64,000 bases of DNA, taken from the NCBI GenBank assembly GCA_964484255.1, contig CAZAEH010000001.1, forward strand, positions 68,674 through 132,673, written 5' to 3'. The notes under the pieces are model-generated. The model ran no database searches. It was not told where the DNA came from and was given only the letters and a program-made list of their open reading frames with translations. Shown in pieces: positions 46,716-56,353 of this stretch (the stretch's first letter is position 1; each line of letters starts with the position of its first letter). The translations under genes and the position numbers were made by a program. Origin of the DNA: an uncultured Planctomycetia bacterium (GTDB lineage: Bacteria; Omnitrophota; Gorgyraeia; Pluralincolimonadales; Pluralincolimonadaceae).

Positions 46716-48074
46716 TTAATCTAATACCGTGTAACCGGCTTCGCGATGCTGGGTCAAGTCAAGCCCTATCTTCTCATCCTGTTCGCTGGCGCGCACACCC
46801 ATGACCGCATCCAATACCTTTAGCAGGACAAATGTCACCACGAACGAATAAACAGCCGTAATCATAACCGCTTTGAATTGTATAAAGAACTGGGCGGGAT
46901 TACCGTAGAAAAGGCCGTCTGCCCCGGCGGGATTGACCGCCTTCGTGGCCCAAAGCCCAGTCGCAAGCGCTCCCCATATTCCCCCCACTCCATGGACGCC
47001 AAAGGCATCAAGTGAATCGTCGTAGCCGAATTTCACTTTCAGGACCGCGACAGATATATAACAAAACACCGAGACACCTATACCTATCCAAATAGCGCCT
47101 ACCGGATTCACAAAACCAGACGCAGGGGTTATAGCTACCAAGCCGCCAACCGCTCCGGTTATAATGCCCAAAACGGTAGACCGGGAATTGAATATCCAGT
47201 CAAGCATGGCCCACGTAAGCCCGGCTGCAGCGGCGGCGATATGCGTGACCACAAAAGCATTAGTTGCCAAAGCACCCGAACCCAGAGCGCTGCCTCCGTT
47301 GAAACCGAACCACCCGAACCAGAGCAATCCCGCGCCAAGAACGGCAAAAGGAAGATTGTGCGGCGGCGATATCTTGTGGGGATAGCCCTGCCTCTTGCCC
47401 AGCACCAGCGCGCTGGCAAGCGCCGCTATACCGGCGTTAATATGCACAACGGTGCCTCCGGCAAAATCGAGCGCTCCGTCAGCCCTGAGGAACCCTCCCG
47501 CGCCCCATACCCAATGGCAAACCGGGTCATAGACTATAGTAGCCCACAATACTGAAAATATGCAGAAGGTCGAGAATTTCATCCTTTCGGCAAAAGCTCC
47601 CAGGATAAGGGCCGGGGTTATGATAGCGAACATGGCTTGGAATATCATGAACGCCTGATGAGGGACCGTCGCGGCATAAACCGGGTTAGGCTCAAGGCCG
47701 ACATTCTTCAGGCCGAACCACCCTAATCCCCCTATTATCCCTTTGATGTCCGGACCAAATGAAAGGGAATACCCGAACAGCACCCATTGTATGGTTATTA
47801 TGCACATGAGCATGAAACACTGCATCAGTATGGACAGGATGTTCTTCCTTCGGACAAGCCCTCCATAGAAAAAAGCCAGTGCAGGCGTCATGACCAGGAC
47901 AAGGGCTGCCGAAGTCAGCAACCATGCGGTATCCCCTGTATCAACCTGGGCTAATTCCGCGGGCGCAGTCGCGGAAGGCGCGGTCTCCTCTGCCGCAACG
48001 ACCGTTGCTATCACAGTAAAAAGCAGGAATGCAGCAAAGAACCAGAACGGCGGACTTTTCAAGACTTTCGCCAT
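46716..48074 (-). CDS. amt: Ammonium transporter
   Basis: Amt family conserved TM motifs. Confidence 0.9.
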   Translation of the reverse strand: MAKVLKSPPFWFFAAFLLFTVIATVVAAEETAPSATAPAELAQVDTGDTAWLLTSAALVLVMTPALAFFYGGLVRRKNILSILMQCFMLMCIITIQWVLFGYSLSFGPDIKGIIGGLGWFGLKNVGLEPNPVYAATVPHQAFMIFQAMFAIITPALILGAFAERMKFSTFCIFSVLWATIVYDPVCHWVWGAGGFLRADGALDFAGGTVVHINAGIAALASALVLGKRQGYPHKISPPHNLPFAVLGAGLLWFGWFGFNGGSALGSGALATNAFVVTHIAAAAAGLTWAMLDWIFNSRSTVLGIITGAVGGLVAITPASGFVNPVGAIWIGIGVSVFCYISVAVLKVKFGYDDSLDAFGVHGVGGIWGALATGLWATKAVNPAGADGLFYGNPAQFFIQFKAVMITAVYSFVVTFVLLKVLDAVMGVRASEQDEKIGLDLTQHREAGYTVLD

Positions 48075-48124
48075 TTACCTCTCCTTTCCTTTTGCCTCAA
48101 TTGTGTATCCAACTAACATAAATC

Positions 48125-48149
48125 GGGCATAAAAAATCATTTTATGCCC
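48125..48149 (-). terminator. Hairpin GGGCATAAAA-N5-TTTTATGCCC at the end of the glnK-HTH transcript
   Basis: 10-bp perfect stem overlapping the HTH gene stop codon. Only a weak U-tract follows, so it could instead be a regulator site in the amt promoter. Confidence 0.4.
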
Positions 48150-48316
48150 AGCCTCTCCTTTACAACGCCCGCATACACCTTGTTTATGCGGTTGGTCTTG
48201 AACCAGCGTTCCAGGGTCGACGGCTGAATGTCGACCCTTTTCGCCAGATCATAGAGAGTATAGCCTTTGTCTTCCTTCAGCCTGCGTATCTTCTCTATCA
48301 GTTCCTTGTCGAACAT
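48138..48316 (-). CDS. Small helix-turn-helix DNA-binding protein (59 aa)
   Basis: Missed by the 60-aa ORF cutoff. MFDKELIEKIRRLKEDKGYTLYDLAKRVDIQPSTLERWF looks like an XRE-type HTH. Starts 4 nt after the glnK stop. Confidence 0.5.
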
Positions 48317-48319
48317 GGC

Positions 48320-48664
48320 CTAAATCGCGCCCTCGCCTTTCTCTCCGGTGCGTATCCTGATAGTATCTTCGACGGGATATATGAATATCTTCCCGTCCCC
48401 TATCTCTCCGGTCCTGGCTATGCCCGATATGGCCTTTACTAACTTCTCGACATCGCCATCCTTGACGACGATCTCGATCTTGATCTTCGGAAGGAAATTC
48501 ACCTTGTATTCCCTTCCCCTGAACTGCTCCGAGAGCCCCTTCTGGCGGCCATGCCCCTCGATGTGTGTTATCATCATTCCGGGATAGCCGAACTTATCCA
48601 GGGCCTCGGTGATCTCCTCAAGCTTCTCGACTCGAACAACCGCTTCTATTTTTTTCATTTTCAC
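48320..48664 (-). CDS. glnK: P-II nitrogen regulatory protein, second copy
   Basis: Conserved P-II sequence. Confidence 0.9.
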   Translation of the reverse strand: MKMKKIEAVVRVEKLEEITEALDKFGYPGMMITHIEGHGRQKGLSEQFRGREYKVNFLPKIKIEIVVKDGDVEKLVKAISGIARTGEIGDGKIFIYPVEDTIRIRTGEKGEGAI

Positions 48665-48672
48665 GGCCCTCT

Positions 48673-50040
48673 TTAATTACTGTACGTATAGAAATTAGGA
48701 TAAGCGGGAGTCCCGTGCTCGGGGATATCCAGGCCCTTGAGCTCTTCGTTCGGGGAAACCCTTATACCGAACATCTTATCCATTAACTTAAAGCCTGCAA
48801 AACCGAGTATGAACGCCCATGAAACGCATACGGCAGCGCCTATGAGCTGGGCGACCAACTGCCCGGAACCGCCTCCGTAAAACAGCCCTTTAACAAAGGG
48901 TTCGGAAGTTGAGCCCAAGCCGTAAGTACCGTCGGCAAAAAGCCCGACGCTTATAAGGCCCCAAACGCCGTTTATGCCATGGACGCTTACCGCGCCGACA
49001 GGATCATCAACGCCGCGGTTTTCCCAGAAGTAGACACCGATGACCACCAGTGCACCGGCTATAGCGCCTATAACGACGGCCGCCCATGCCTCTACCCATG
49101 CGCATGGCGCAGTAATGGCCACGAGGCCGGCCAGGCAACCGTTAAGCATCATGCCGACATCCCACTTCTTCGTCTTCATGAAAACAAGCAACAAGGCGAC
49201 AGCTGCGCCTGCGGCAGCGGCAAGGTTCGTGTTGACCGCGATCACCGCTATCCTCAACTGATGGGCTGAGAACGTGGACCCGGGGTTGAACCCGAACCAT
49301 CCGAACCAAAGGATAAAGGTACCGAGCGCCGCAAGAGTCATACTGTGGCCCGGTATAGCCTTCGGCTTCCTGTTCTTATCGAACTTCCCGAAACGCGGCC
49401 CCAGGACTATTGCGCCGGCAAGACCTACGAAACCGCCTATAGTGTGGACGACTCCGGAACCGGCAAAATCAACGTGGCCGACGCCGAAAGGCAGTTTAGA
49501 AAGCCAGCCGCCGCCCCAGACCCAGTGTCCGTACAACGGATATATAAGGGCGGTTACCAGGATACTGTAAAGGAAATAGGCCTTGAACTTTAGCCTTTCA
49601 GCTACAGCACCCGAGACTATGGTCGCTGCCGTTCCGGCAAATACCAGCTGCCAGAAGAACATAAGGTAACGGCCTACATCATAGTTATCGCCGTGGAGAA
49701 ACCATCCGGAAGTACCTATTATGCCGTTGTAATCATTACCCATCATGAACGCAAACCCGAAAGCCATGAAGATAAGCGAAGCCAAGGTAAAGTCTATCGT
49801 GTTCTTCGCCATGAGGTTCGTCGCGTTCTTGGCCCTGCAAAACCCGGCTTCCACCATCGCGAACCCTGCCTGCATGAAGAAGACAAGGAATCCGCATACA
49901 AGAACCCACACGTAATCGACCGGTGAATTCGGGTTTTGCGCAAGGGTCTCGGCGCCGCTCGGATCCTGGGCGAACGCCATACCTGAAACCCCTATTGCTA
50001 TCGCGAATATCGCGAGCGTTAACACTAGTTTTTTAAACAT
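48673..50040 (-). CDS. amt: Ammonium transporter, second copy
   Basis: Amt family. Signal peptide. Confidence 0.9.
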   Translation of the reverse strand: MFKKLVLTLAIFAIAIGVSGMAFAQDPSGAETLAQNPNSPVDYVWVLVCGFLVFFMQAGFAMVEAGFCRAKNATNLMAKNTIDFTLASLIFMAFGFAFMMGNDYNGIIGTSGWFLHGDNYDVGRYLMFFWQLVFAGTAATIVSGAVAERLKFKAYFLYSILVTALIYPLYGHWVWGGGWLSKLPFGVGHVDFAGSGVVHTIGGFVGLAGAIVLGPRFGKFDKNRKPKAIPGHSMTLAALGTFILWFGWFGFNPGSTFSAHQLRIAVIAVNTNLAAAAGAAVALLLVFMKTKKWDVGMMLNGCLAGLVAITAPCAWVEAWAAVVIGAIAGALVVIGVYFWENRGVDDPVGAVSVHGINGVWGLISVGLFADGTYGLGSTSEPFVKGLFYGGGSGQLVAQLIGAAVCVSWAFILGFAGFKLMDKMFGIRVSPNEELKGLDIPEHGTPAYPNFYTYSN

Positions 50041-50049
50041 GGGTCACCT

Positions 50050-50829
50050 CTACTTATTATTCTTGAACAATTTGCTGAACACGTCGAAGTCTATGTCAAA
50101 CTGAACCGTAACCGTATCGGCGAGGTTCCTGTTGTTATAACGGTCGAAACCGACGAGCATCGAGACGTTGTCGGAGAACTTCCACGAACCGCCGAAGTTC
50201 CAGCAGCCGTAAGAGCTGTCCGTACCCTGGTATTCAACGCATATCCAGAGTTTGTCCGATATCTCGCTCATCGTCCTCTCCCACGCGCCGAAGAAACCGT
50301 CGTTGTCCTTATTGCCGTCCTGGTCAAGAAGGAGCTTATCGTTGCCGTAAAAATAACCGGCCGAGACCCTTCCCAGGTCAAAATCTCCGGCTTTGAACGT
50401 CTTGGCTGCTTTACCGTAGACTATGTTGTAGTTCGTTGCGTTCTTCTTTGTACCGATGTCATAAGCACCCACGGCCAAGGCGGGGAAATACTCGCCGAAA
50501 GCGCCTTCCGGGATGCCGCCCTTCGCGTTGAAATACATCGGATAATCATCCAGGTCCCCCAACCCGGTCTTGTGATCAAAACCAGCCTCGATGTTGAATT
50601 TCTCGAACGGCAGGACACCGACCGTAAGACCTTCGTTTGTGACCGTGGACGGCCTGTCACCGGCTGAATCTCTTCCGGTAGGAAGGTACATGTCACCTGT
50701 TATGTGCATTACACCGTAAGCCTGGACATCGGTAGACGGGGCCCAGATATGCGTAGTGGCTGTTGCAAAAACCAGGGAAGGAACCCACAATAACGAAACT
50801 AGAACTAATGAACTCGCCAGCTTTCTCAT
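50050..50829 (-). CDS. Secreted putative outer-membrane porin-like protein, first gene of the amt-glnK operon
   Basis: Signal peptide MRKLASSLVLVSLLWVPSLVFA. Beta-rich, Gly/Tyr/Phe-rich sequence. AAAAGGAGG RBS. Confidence 0.5.
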   Translation of the reverse strand: MRKLASSLVLVSLLWVPSLVFATATTHIWAPSTDVQAYGVMHITGDMYLPTGRDSAGDRPSTVTNEGLTVGVLPFEKFNIEAGFDHKTGLGDLDDYPMYFNAKGGIPEGAFGEYFPALAVGAYDIGTKKNATNYNIVYGKAAKTFKAGDFDLGRVSAGYFYGNDKLLLDQDGNKDNDGFFGAWERTMSEISDKLWICVEYQGTDSSYGCWNFGGSWKFSDNVSMLVGFDRYNNRNLADTVTVQFDIDFDVFSKLFKNNK

Positions 50830-51076
50830 TTTACTGCCTCCTTTTAACGTAAAATCAACTTCGGGTTTTATAGATCGCCTTGATCTTCGATGACCTATCG
50901 ACTCCGATGTCGTCAAACGTTTCCGAACCGGCCCTGCATATCGGGCAGTTCTTAGGGGGCGCCGTACGTTGTGTGATGTATCCACACTTAGCGCACCGGT
51001 ACTTACTTGCTGGCTCTTTCCCTTTCACAAGCGACTCCCGTTTCTATTGTTTACACAAAAGAGTATACGGATGGAT

Positions 51077-51106
51077 GTTAAATCTGTGTTACGCGTAGGT
51101 TAAATC
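51077..51106 (-). promoter_or_regulatory. Direct repeat GATTTAAC x2 with 22-bp spacing in the long leader/promoter region of the porin-amt-glnK operon
   Basis: Same motif and spacing as at 46319-46348. Lies 33 nt downstream of the response-regulator stop. Confidence 0.5.
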
Positions 51107-51138
51107 TCGATTAATTTCAGGAGGGATATCGGAAGGGA

Positions 51139-51822
51139 TTATGCGATGAATTTGTATCCGATATTGCGGACTGTCTCTATAAAGGTATGCCTGCGGTCTT
51201 CTATCTTGCTGCGCAAACGGCGGATATGAACATCTACCGTCCTGGTCCCGCCGTAATAGTCATAGCCCCAGATCTTGTCCAGGAGCTGGTCGCGGGAATA
51301 TACGCGGCCCTTGTTGGAGGCAAGGAACTTGAGGAGTTCATATTCCTTGAAGGTCAATTCAAGCTTGCTTCCGCTCAGGGTCACCTCATACTTGGATACA
51401 TCTATTATGAGGTCCCCGGCCTTTATCATGTCTTCCGAATCGGTAGGTATGGCCTTCTTGAGAAGCACCCTTACCCTGATAACCAGCTCGGAGGGATTAA
51501 AAGGCTCGAATATAAAATCCCCTATAGCAGGTATATTATCGAGGACCTGCATTCCGTCAGCGGGCAGGACAGCAAATAGGAGTGTCTCCTTAAGGAACCT
51601 GTCTTTCTTGAAGGCGCGATAAGCTGATTGGGCGTCAAATACTTTCGGTGAGGTGAAATCCAGGATGATCATATCCGGACGGCGGCTGAGGGCTTCCTCG
51701 TATGCTGCCTTTACGTCAACGGTCTCATCCGAGAAATGCACCCGATAATCCGATTCCTTAAGCGCTTTCCTCGCGCGTTTAAGGCCTTCATCTTCCGAGC
51801 CTAAGAGCAGGATACCGCTCAT
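51139..51822 (-). CDS. OmpR/PhoB-family response regulator (orphan, no adjacent histidine kinase)
   Basis: REC domain plus C-terminal winged-helix (trans_reg_C) domain. Confidence 0.85.
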   Translation of the reverse strand: MSGILLLGSEDEGLKRARKALKESDYRVHFSDETVDVKAAYEEALSRRPDMIILDFTSPKVFDAQSAYRAFKKDRFLKETLLFAVLPADGMQVLDNIPAIGDFIFEPFNPSELVIRVRVLLKKAIPTDSEDMIKAGDLIIDVSKYEVTLSGSKLELTFKEYELLKFLASNKGRVYSRDQLLDKIWGYDYYGGTRTVDVHIRRLRSKIEDRRHTFIETVRNIGYKFIA

Positions 51823-51823
51823 T

Positions 51824-52630
51824 TTATTTTATGGCCGTTACGGTGATGCCCTTTCCATCGGCAATCCGCACGGTCTCCTCCTTGTCTATGATCAGGGTCT
51901 TCTTTGCTTCTATGGCGATACAACCGGCCTTCGCTTCCGCCATCGAGGCTATAGTCTGCGGACCTATCACGGGCAGGTCAAATTTCATACTCTGTTTCGG
52001 ACGCGCAACTTTCACGACCGTACCCCCCGGGCCTGCAAGCCTTCCGCCGCGCTTTATCATGGCATCGGTGCCTTCGATATCCTCGACTGCTATGACAGCC
52101 TTGTCCTTGATAAACACCGAAAGGCCTATATCCATCCCGGCGATCTCTTTGGCTATTGAAACACCGAACCTTATATCATCCTCCTGGGCCGGGGAAGGTT
52201 TCATGGAAGTCAACAAGCCCGCTGACGGAAGCAGATCCTCAAGGAAAAGGGTTGAATCGAGCAACTCGATACCGGAAGACCTCAGCGTAGATGTTATCAT
52301 GGATAGGAGGGTATCGTCCTTCCTGTCGAGGGCCTTTACCAAGATAGATTTCATCAGTCCGTCTATTTTAAGGGCCTCGTTGAATATCCTGGATTTAGTT
52401 ATGCCCCCGGCCATAACAGCTTTCTTTACGCCCTCCGCCTTGAAAAAATCGAGAACTTTCGAAAGTTCTCCCAGGCTTACCCAGCGGAACCTATCGGCAA
52501 GGGTTTCAACTTCAGGTTTCGTCTCGCCCTCTATGCCTACCGCCACAATGCTATAACCTTTGGCCCTTGCGGCGCGGGCGAAAATAAGGGGAAAATCACT
52601 TTTACCTGCGATCAAACCTATTGTGTCCAT
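51824..52630 (-). CDS. lpxI: UDP-2,3-diacylglucosamine hydrolase LpxI (DUF1009)
   Basis: Conserved LpxI family sequence. Located in the lpx cluster. Confidence 0.8.
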   Translation of the reverse strand: MDTIGLIAGKSDFPLIFARAARAKGYSIVAVGIEGETKPEVETLADRFRWVSLGELSKVLDFFKAEGVKKAVMAGGITKSRIFNEALKIDGLMKSILVKALDRKDDTLLSMITSTLRSSGIELLDSTLFLEDLLPSAGLLTSMKPSPAQEDDIRFGVSIAKEIAGMDIGLSVFIKDKAVIAVEDIEGTDAMIKRGGRLAGPGGTVVKVARPKQSMKFDLPVIGPQTIASMAEAKAGCIAIEAKKTLIIDKEETVRIADGKGITVTAIK

Positions 52631-52636
52631 ATTTCT

Positions 52637-53407
52637 CTATTTAGCGATACCGCGTTCCGAAGCAGCGACAAATTCGACAAGATAATCGACTTCAGGACAT
52701 TTCGGGACCTCCGACCTTATCTCCTCCAAGGCATGGGATACGGTAAGTCCGGAATTGAAGAGCAACTTGAAAGCCTTTTTGAGGGCATTGCGGGACTCCT
52801 GCGGGACCTTGGCCCTTTCGAGGCCGACCGTATTAAGTCCGTATATCTTCAGGGGATGCCCGTCGCTCATCGAATAAGGCACTACATCCTGGGTCACTTT
52901 TGAGCATCCGCCTATTATGGAAAGCTTACCTATACGCACGAACTGATGGACTCCGGTAAGCCCCCCGATATCGGCCCTTTCCTCCACGATAACGTACCCG
53001 GCGAAAGTCCCGCAATTGGCTATTATCGCCCTGTCATTGATCACGCAATCGTGGGCCACATGGCAATATGCCATCAAAAGTACATTATTACCGATGACCG
53101 TGGACGAATCCTTATCGGTGCCCATGTTAACCGTAACGTATTCGCGGATTATATTGTTATCGCCGATCTTGACGTAACTCTTCTCACCCTTGAACTTGAG
53201 GTCCTGGGTTATGGAGCCGATTACCGCGCCCGTAAATATCCTGTTGTTCTTTCCTATAGTCGTATAGCCGTCTATGAGCGCATGGGCTCCCACGATCGTC
53301 CCCTCGCCTATCTTCACATCGGGTCCGATAATAGCATAAGGGCCGACTTCGATCGAGTCGGCCAATTCTGCCTTTTTATCCACTACCGCTGTAGGATGTA
53401 TCTTCAT
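52637..53407 (-). CDS. lpxA: Acyl-ACP--UDP-N-acetylglucosamine O-acyltransferase
   Basis: Hexapeptide repeats and LpxA N-terminus. Confidence 0.9.
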   Translation of the reverse strand: MKIHPTAVVDKKAELADSIEVGPYAIIGPDVKIGEGTIVGAHALIDGYTTIGKNNRIFTGAVIGSITQDLKFKGEKSYVKIGDNNIIREYVTVNMGTDKDSSTVIGNNVLLMAYCHVAHDCVINDRAIIANCGTFAGYVIVEERADIGGLTGVHQFVRIGKLSIIGGCSKVTQDVVPYSMSDGHPLKIYGLNTVGLERAKVPQESRNALKKAFKLLFNSGLTVSHALEEIRSEVPKCPEVDYLVEFVAASERGIAK

Positions 53408-53422
53408 CGTCTATATTCCGAA

Positions 53423-54754
53423 CTACTCCGACGCTTCTTCCCCGCCTACAAGTGCGAACATCAGTTCGCCCTCGGCGACTACCTTGCCGTCCACGCTGGC
53501 AACAGCCCTTACCTGAACGGTCTTCGACCTCAATTTAAGCACCTCTGTCTCAAGGATAAGCTGATCGCCGGGCACTACCGCCTTGCGGAACTTGACCTTA
53601 TCCATAGACATGAAGAAAGCGTATTTCCCCTTATTGTCCCTTTTGTTAAGCATCATGACACCGGCAACCTGCGCCAGAGCTTCCATGATAAGCACGCCGG
53701 GCATGATGGGCATATCCGGGAAATGCCCGGGAAAATAGAATTCGTTCATGGTCACGTTCTTTATCCCTACCGCCCTCTTGTCCTCTTCCAACTCTATGAC
53801 CCTGTCCACTAAAAGGAAGGGATAGCGGTGGGGAAGGATCTTCTTTATGTCGTTTATGTCCAAGGGAGTGCCTACTATGCCAGGGCCCTTGCTTTCCATG
53901 GCGCCCGCACGCATACGTTCCTGCTGCTGCCTGATCTTCTGGAGAAGCCTTATGTTAAGCGGATGCCCGGATTTTACGGCTATAACGTGGCCTTTAAGCG
54001 CCATACCGAGAAGGTAAAGGTCGCCTATGAGATCTGATATCTTGTGACGGGCGAATTCGTCATCGAATTTCAACTTGTTCTTTATTACGCCGTCCTTTCC
54101 TACGACAAGCGTATTGTCGAAATTCGCTCCCTTGCCCAGCCCTTGTGTCCTGAGCGCCTCGGCTTCCGCTTCGAGGCAGAACGTCCTGGTGGGCGCTATT
54201 TCTTTCTCGTACGTCTCGGGATTGATAACTACTGAAACATACTGCGACCTTAGCATCGGGTGGTCATAGCTCAACATATAGGATATCTTAAACTCAGAGT
54301 CGGGCAGTATAGCGAGTACGGTATCGTCCTCTTCCAGCCATATAGGTTCTTTTACCGTAAAGGATTTTCTCTGCTCCGCCTGGTGCTCTATACCCGCCTT
54401 CTTGACCAGCTCCACAAAAGAGGCGGCCGATCCGTCAAGCCCGGGTATCTCGGGACCGTTGATCTCTATAATTATGTTATCGATAGCCATGCCGCTTAAT
54501 GCGGACATGAGGTGCTCGATCGTATGTATCTCGGCACCCTCAAAAGCCAACGACGTCCTCCTGAGCTTACGGCTGGACTCCATGACATTAGCTATATTAG
54601 CTTTTATCACGGGTTCACCCGGCAGGTCTACGCGCACGAAACTTATTCCCGCATTCTGCTCGGCAGGAAGCAGCCTCATCCGGGTTTTGGCGCCCGTATG
54701 GAGCCCTACACCTTCTATCTCAACCGCGCTTTTTATCGTCAGCTGTTGTTCCAT
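53423..54754 (-). CDS. lpxC-fabZ: Bifunctional UDP-3-O-acyl-GlcNAc deacetylase / 3-hydroxyacyl-ACP dehydratase (LpxC-FabZ fusion)
   Basis: 443 aa with an N-terminal LpxC and a C-terminal FabZ hot-dog domain. Confidence 0.9.
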   Translation of the reverse strand: MEQQLTIKSAVEIEGVGLHTGAKTRMRLLPAEQNAGISFVRVDLPGEPVIKANIANVMESSRKLRRTSLAFEGAEIHTIEHLMSALSGMAIDNIIIEINGPEIPGLDGSAASFVELVKKAGIEHQAEQRKSFTVKEPIWLEEDDTVLAILPDSEFKISYMLSYDHPMLRSQYVSVVINPETYEKEIAPTRTFCLEAEAEALRTQGLGKGANFDNTLVVGKDGVIKNKLKFDDEFARHKISDLIGDLYLLGMALKGHVIAVKSGHPLNIRLLQKIRQQQERMRAGAMESKGPGIVGTPLDINDIKKILPHRYPFLLVDRVIELEEDKRAVGIKNVTMNEFYFPGHFPDMPIMPGVLIMEALAQVAGVMMLNKRDNKGKYAFFMSMDKVKFRKAVVPGDQLILETEVLKLRSKTVQVRAVASVDGKVVAEGELMFALVGGEEASE

Positions 54755-55805
54755 CTGATATTTTGTTCTCCAACTGGTTTATTTTTTCCTTTAGCTTCTT
54801 TATATCTTCGGCTATCTGGGGAAGACGTGAAATAAAAGCATTAAGCTTCTTAGCCTCATCATGCGGTTTAGCCGGGTAACCTGATACGCATATATTTGCG
54901 GGAACAGGTTTTGTCACACCGGCCTGGGCCGCAAGGATCGCATTGTCTCCGACAGTTATATGGCCCACGAGCCCCGCCTGCCCGGCTATGGTAACGTTCT
55001 TGCCTATTACGGTAGAGCCGGATATGCCGGCCTGGGCTATTATTATCGAATTCTCGCCTATGATGACGTTATGCGCTATCTGGACAAGGTTGTCGATCTT
55101 GGTGCCGCGGCCGATAACCGTCTTGCCAAAACGCGCCCTGTCTATGGTCACGTTGGCGCCTATCTCAACATCGTCTTCTATTACCACCGTCCCTATTTGC
55201 GGGATCTTATGGTGTTCGCCGTTAACGGTGGCAAACCCAAAGCCGTCGCTTCCGACGCATGTCCCGGAATGCACTATTACCCTGTCGCCGACAACGACGT
55301 TCTCCCTCAGCACTACATTGGGATATATCAGGCAATCGCACCCGACCTTCGCATTATATCCTATATAAGAGCCGGAATAAATTATAGTCCTGTCGCCGAT
55401 TACAGCGCCGTCATCTATAACGGCATAGGCTTGTACGGCTATATCCCGCCCGAGTTTTACATTCTTTCCTATTACCGCCGCGGGATGTATACCGGAAGGA
55501 TACTGCTGGCTATTAGGCAGAAGCATGGAAATTATCTTCGAAAAAGCCAGCGAAGGATTATCGGTCCTTATTATCGGTTTCGGGGCAGTATTTATCTCCC
55601 GGGACGTTATAACGGCAGCCGCTTTCGTTATCTCCATAAGCGGCGCATAACGCGGGTTGGCCAGAAAAGAAAGGTCTCCCTCTTCTGCCTCTCTTATGCC
55701 GCTTATGCCTGTTATGACTATGCCGCTGTCGCCTACTACTTCGCCGTCTATTAACTGCGCAATCTCTTTAAGGGTCTTGCGCATAGAAGGACCTTCCTCG
55801 GACAC
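54720..55805 (-). CDS. lpxD: UDP-3-O-acylglucosamine N-acyltransferase
   Basis: Left-handed beta-helix hexapeptide repeats and LpxD N-terminal domain. Confidence 0.9.
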   Translation of the reverse strand: MSEEGPSMRKTLKEIAQLIDGEVVGDSGIVITGISGIREAEEGDLSFLANPRYAPLMEITKAAAVITSREINTAPKPIIRTDNPSLAFSKIISMLLPNSQQYPSGIHPAAVIGKNVKLGRDIAVQAYAVIDDGAVIGDRTIIYSGSYIGYNAKVGCDCLIYPNVVLRENVVVGDRVIVHSGTCVGSDGFGFATVNGEHHKIPQIGTVVIEDDVEIGANVTIDRARFGKTVIGRGTKIDNLVQIAHNVIIGENSIIIAQAGISGSTVIGKNVTIAGQAGLVGHITVGDNAILAAQAGVTKPVPANICVSGYPAKPHDEAKKLNAFISRLPQIAEDIKKLKEKINQLENKISDGTTADDKKRG

Positions 55806-55808
55806 CGC

Positions 55809-56336
55809 TTATTTCTTTCCCTTCACCATATATTTGTCGTTCAGGATCTTGAGCACTCGATCCGTCAGGTCATCGCTGGCGTTGCCGTAAAGGACCATCC
55901 TGGAATCGATGATATATTTGTAGCCTTCTTTCTTGCCTATATCATCTACGACTTCCTTGATCTCCTTAAATATGGCACGGGCCATATCATCGCGCTCTTT
56001 CCTGAGGGCTTCCCTTGAATCCCTGTCAAACTCGCCCAATTTCTTTATCTTATCGTCGACAACAGCTTGCTTCTTGGCCCTGTCCTTGTCCGAAGCAAGG
56101 TCTGCTTCGTCCTTAAGTTTCTTTATCTCGGTGACGAGCTTGTCCCTTTCGCCCTGCTTAGCGGTTCCCTTGGCCTCGAGCTGCTTGTCGAAGTCCTTGG
56201 TCTTGTTATATTCATCAAAGACCTTGGCAAAATCCATATAACCGATCTTTTCCGCTGCGGCAAAAACTGAATTCGCAGCCGCAAAAGATACGGTCATAAA
56301 TAGCGCTATGACCAAAAACCTTGAAACTGCTTTCAT
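55809..56336 (-). CDS. skp: OmpH/Skp periplasmic chaperone
   Basis: Signal peptide and coiled-coil Skp-like sequence downstream of bamA. Confidence 0.85.
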   Translation of the reverse strand: MKAVSRFLVIALFMTVSFAAANSVFAAAEKIGYMDFAKVFDEYNKTKDFDKQLEAKGTAKQGERDKLVTEIKKLKDEADLASDKDRAKKQAVVDDKIKKLGEFDRDSREALRKERDDMARAIFKEIKEVVDDIGKKEGYKYIIDSRMVLYGNASDDLTDRVLKILNDKYMVKGKK

Positions 56337-56353
56337 TTTTTTCTCCTTTCTAG

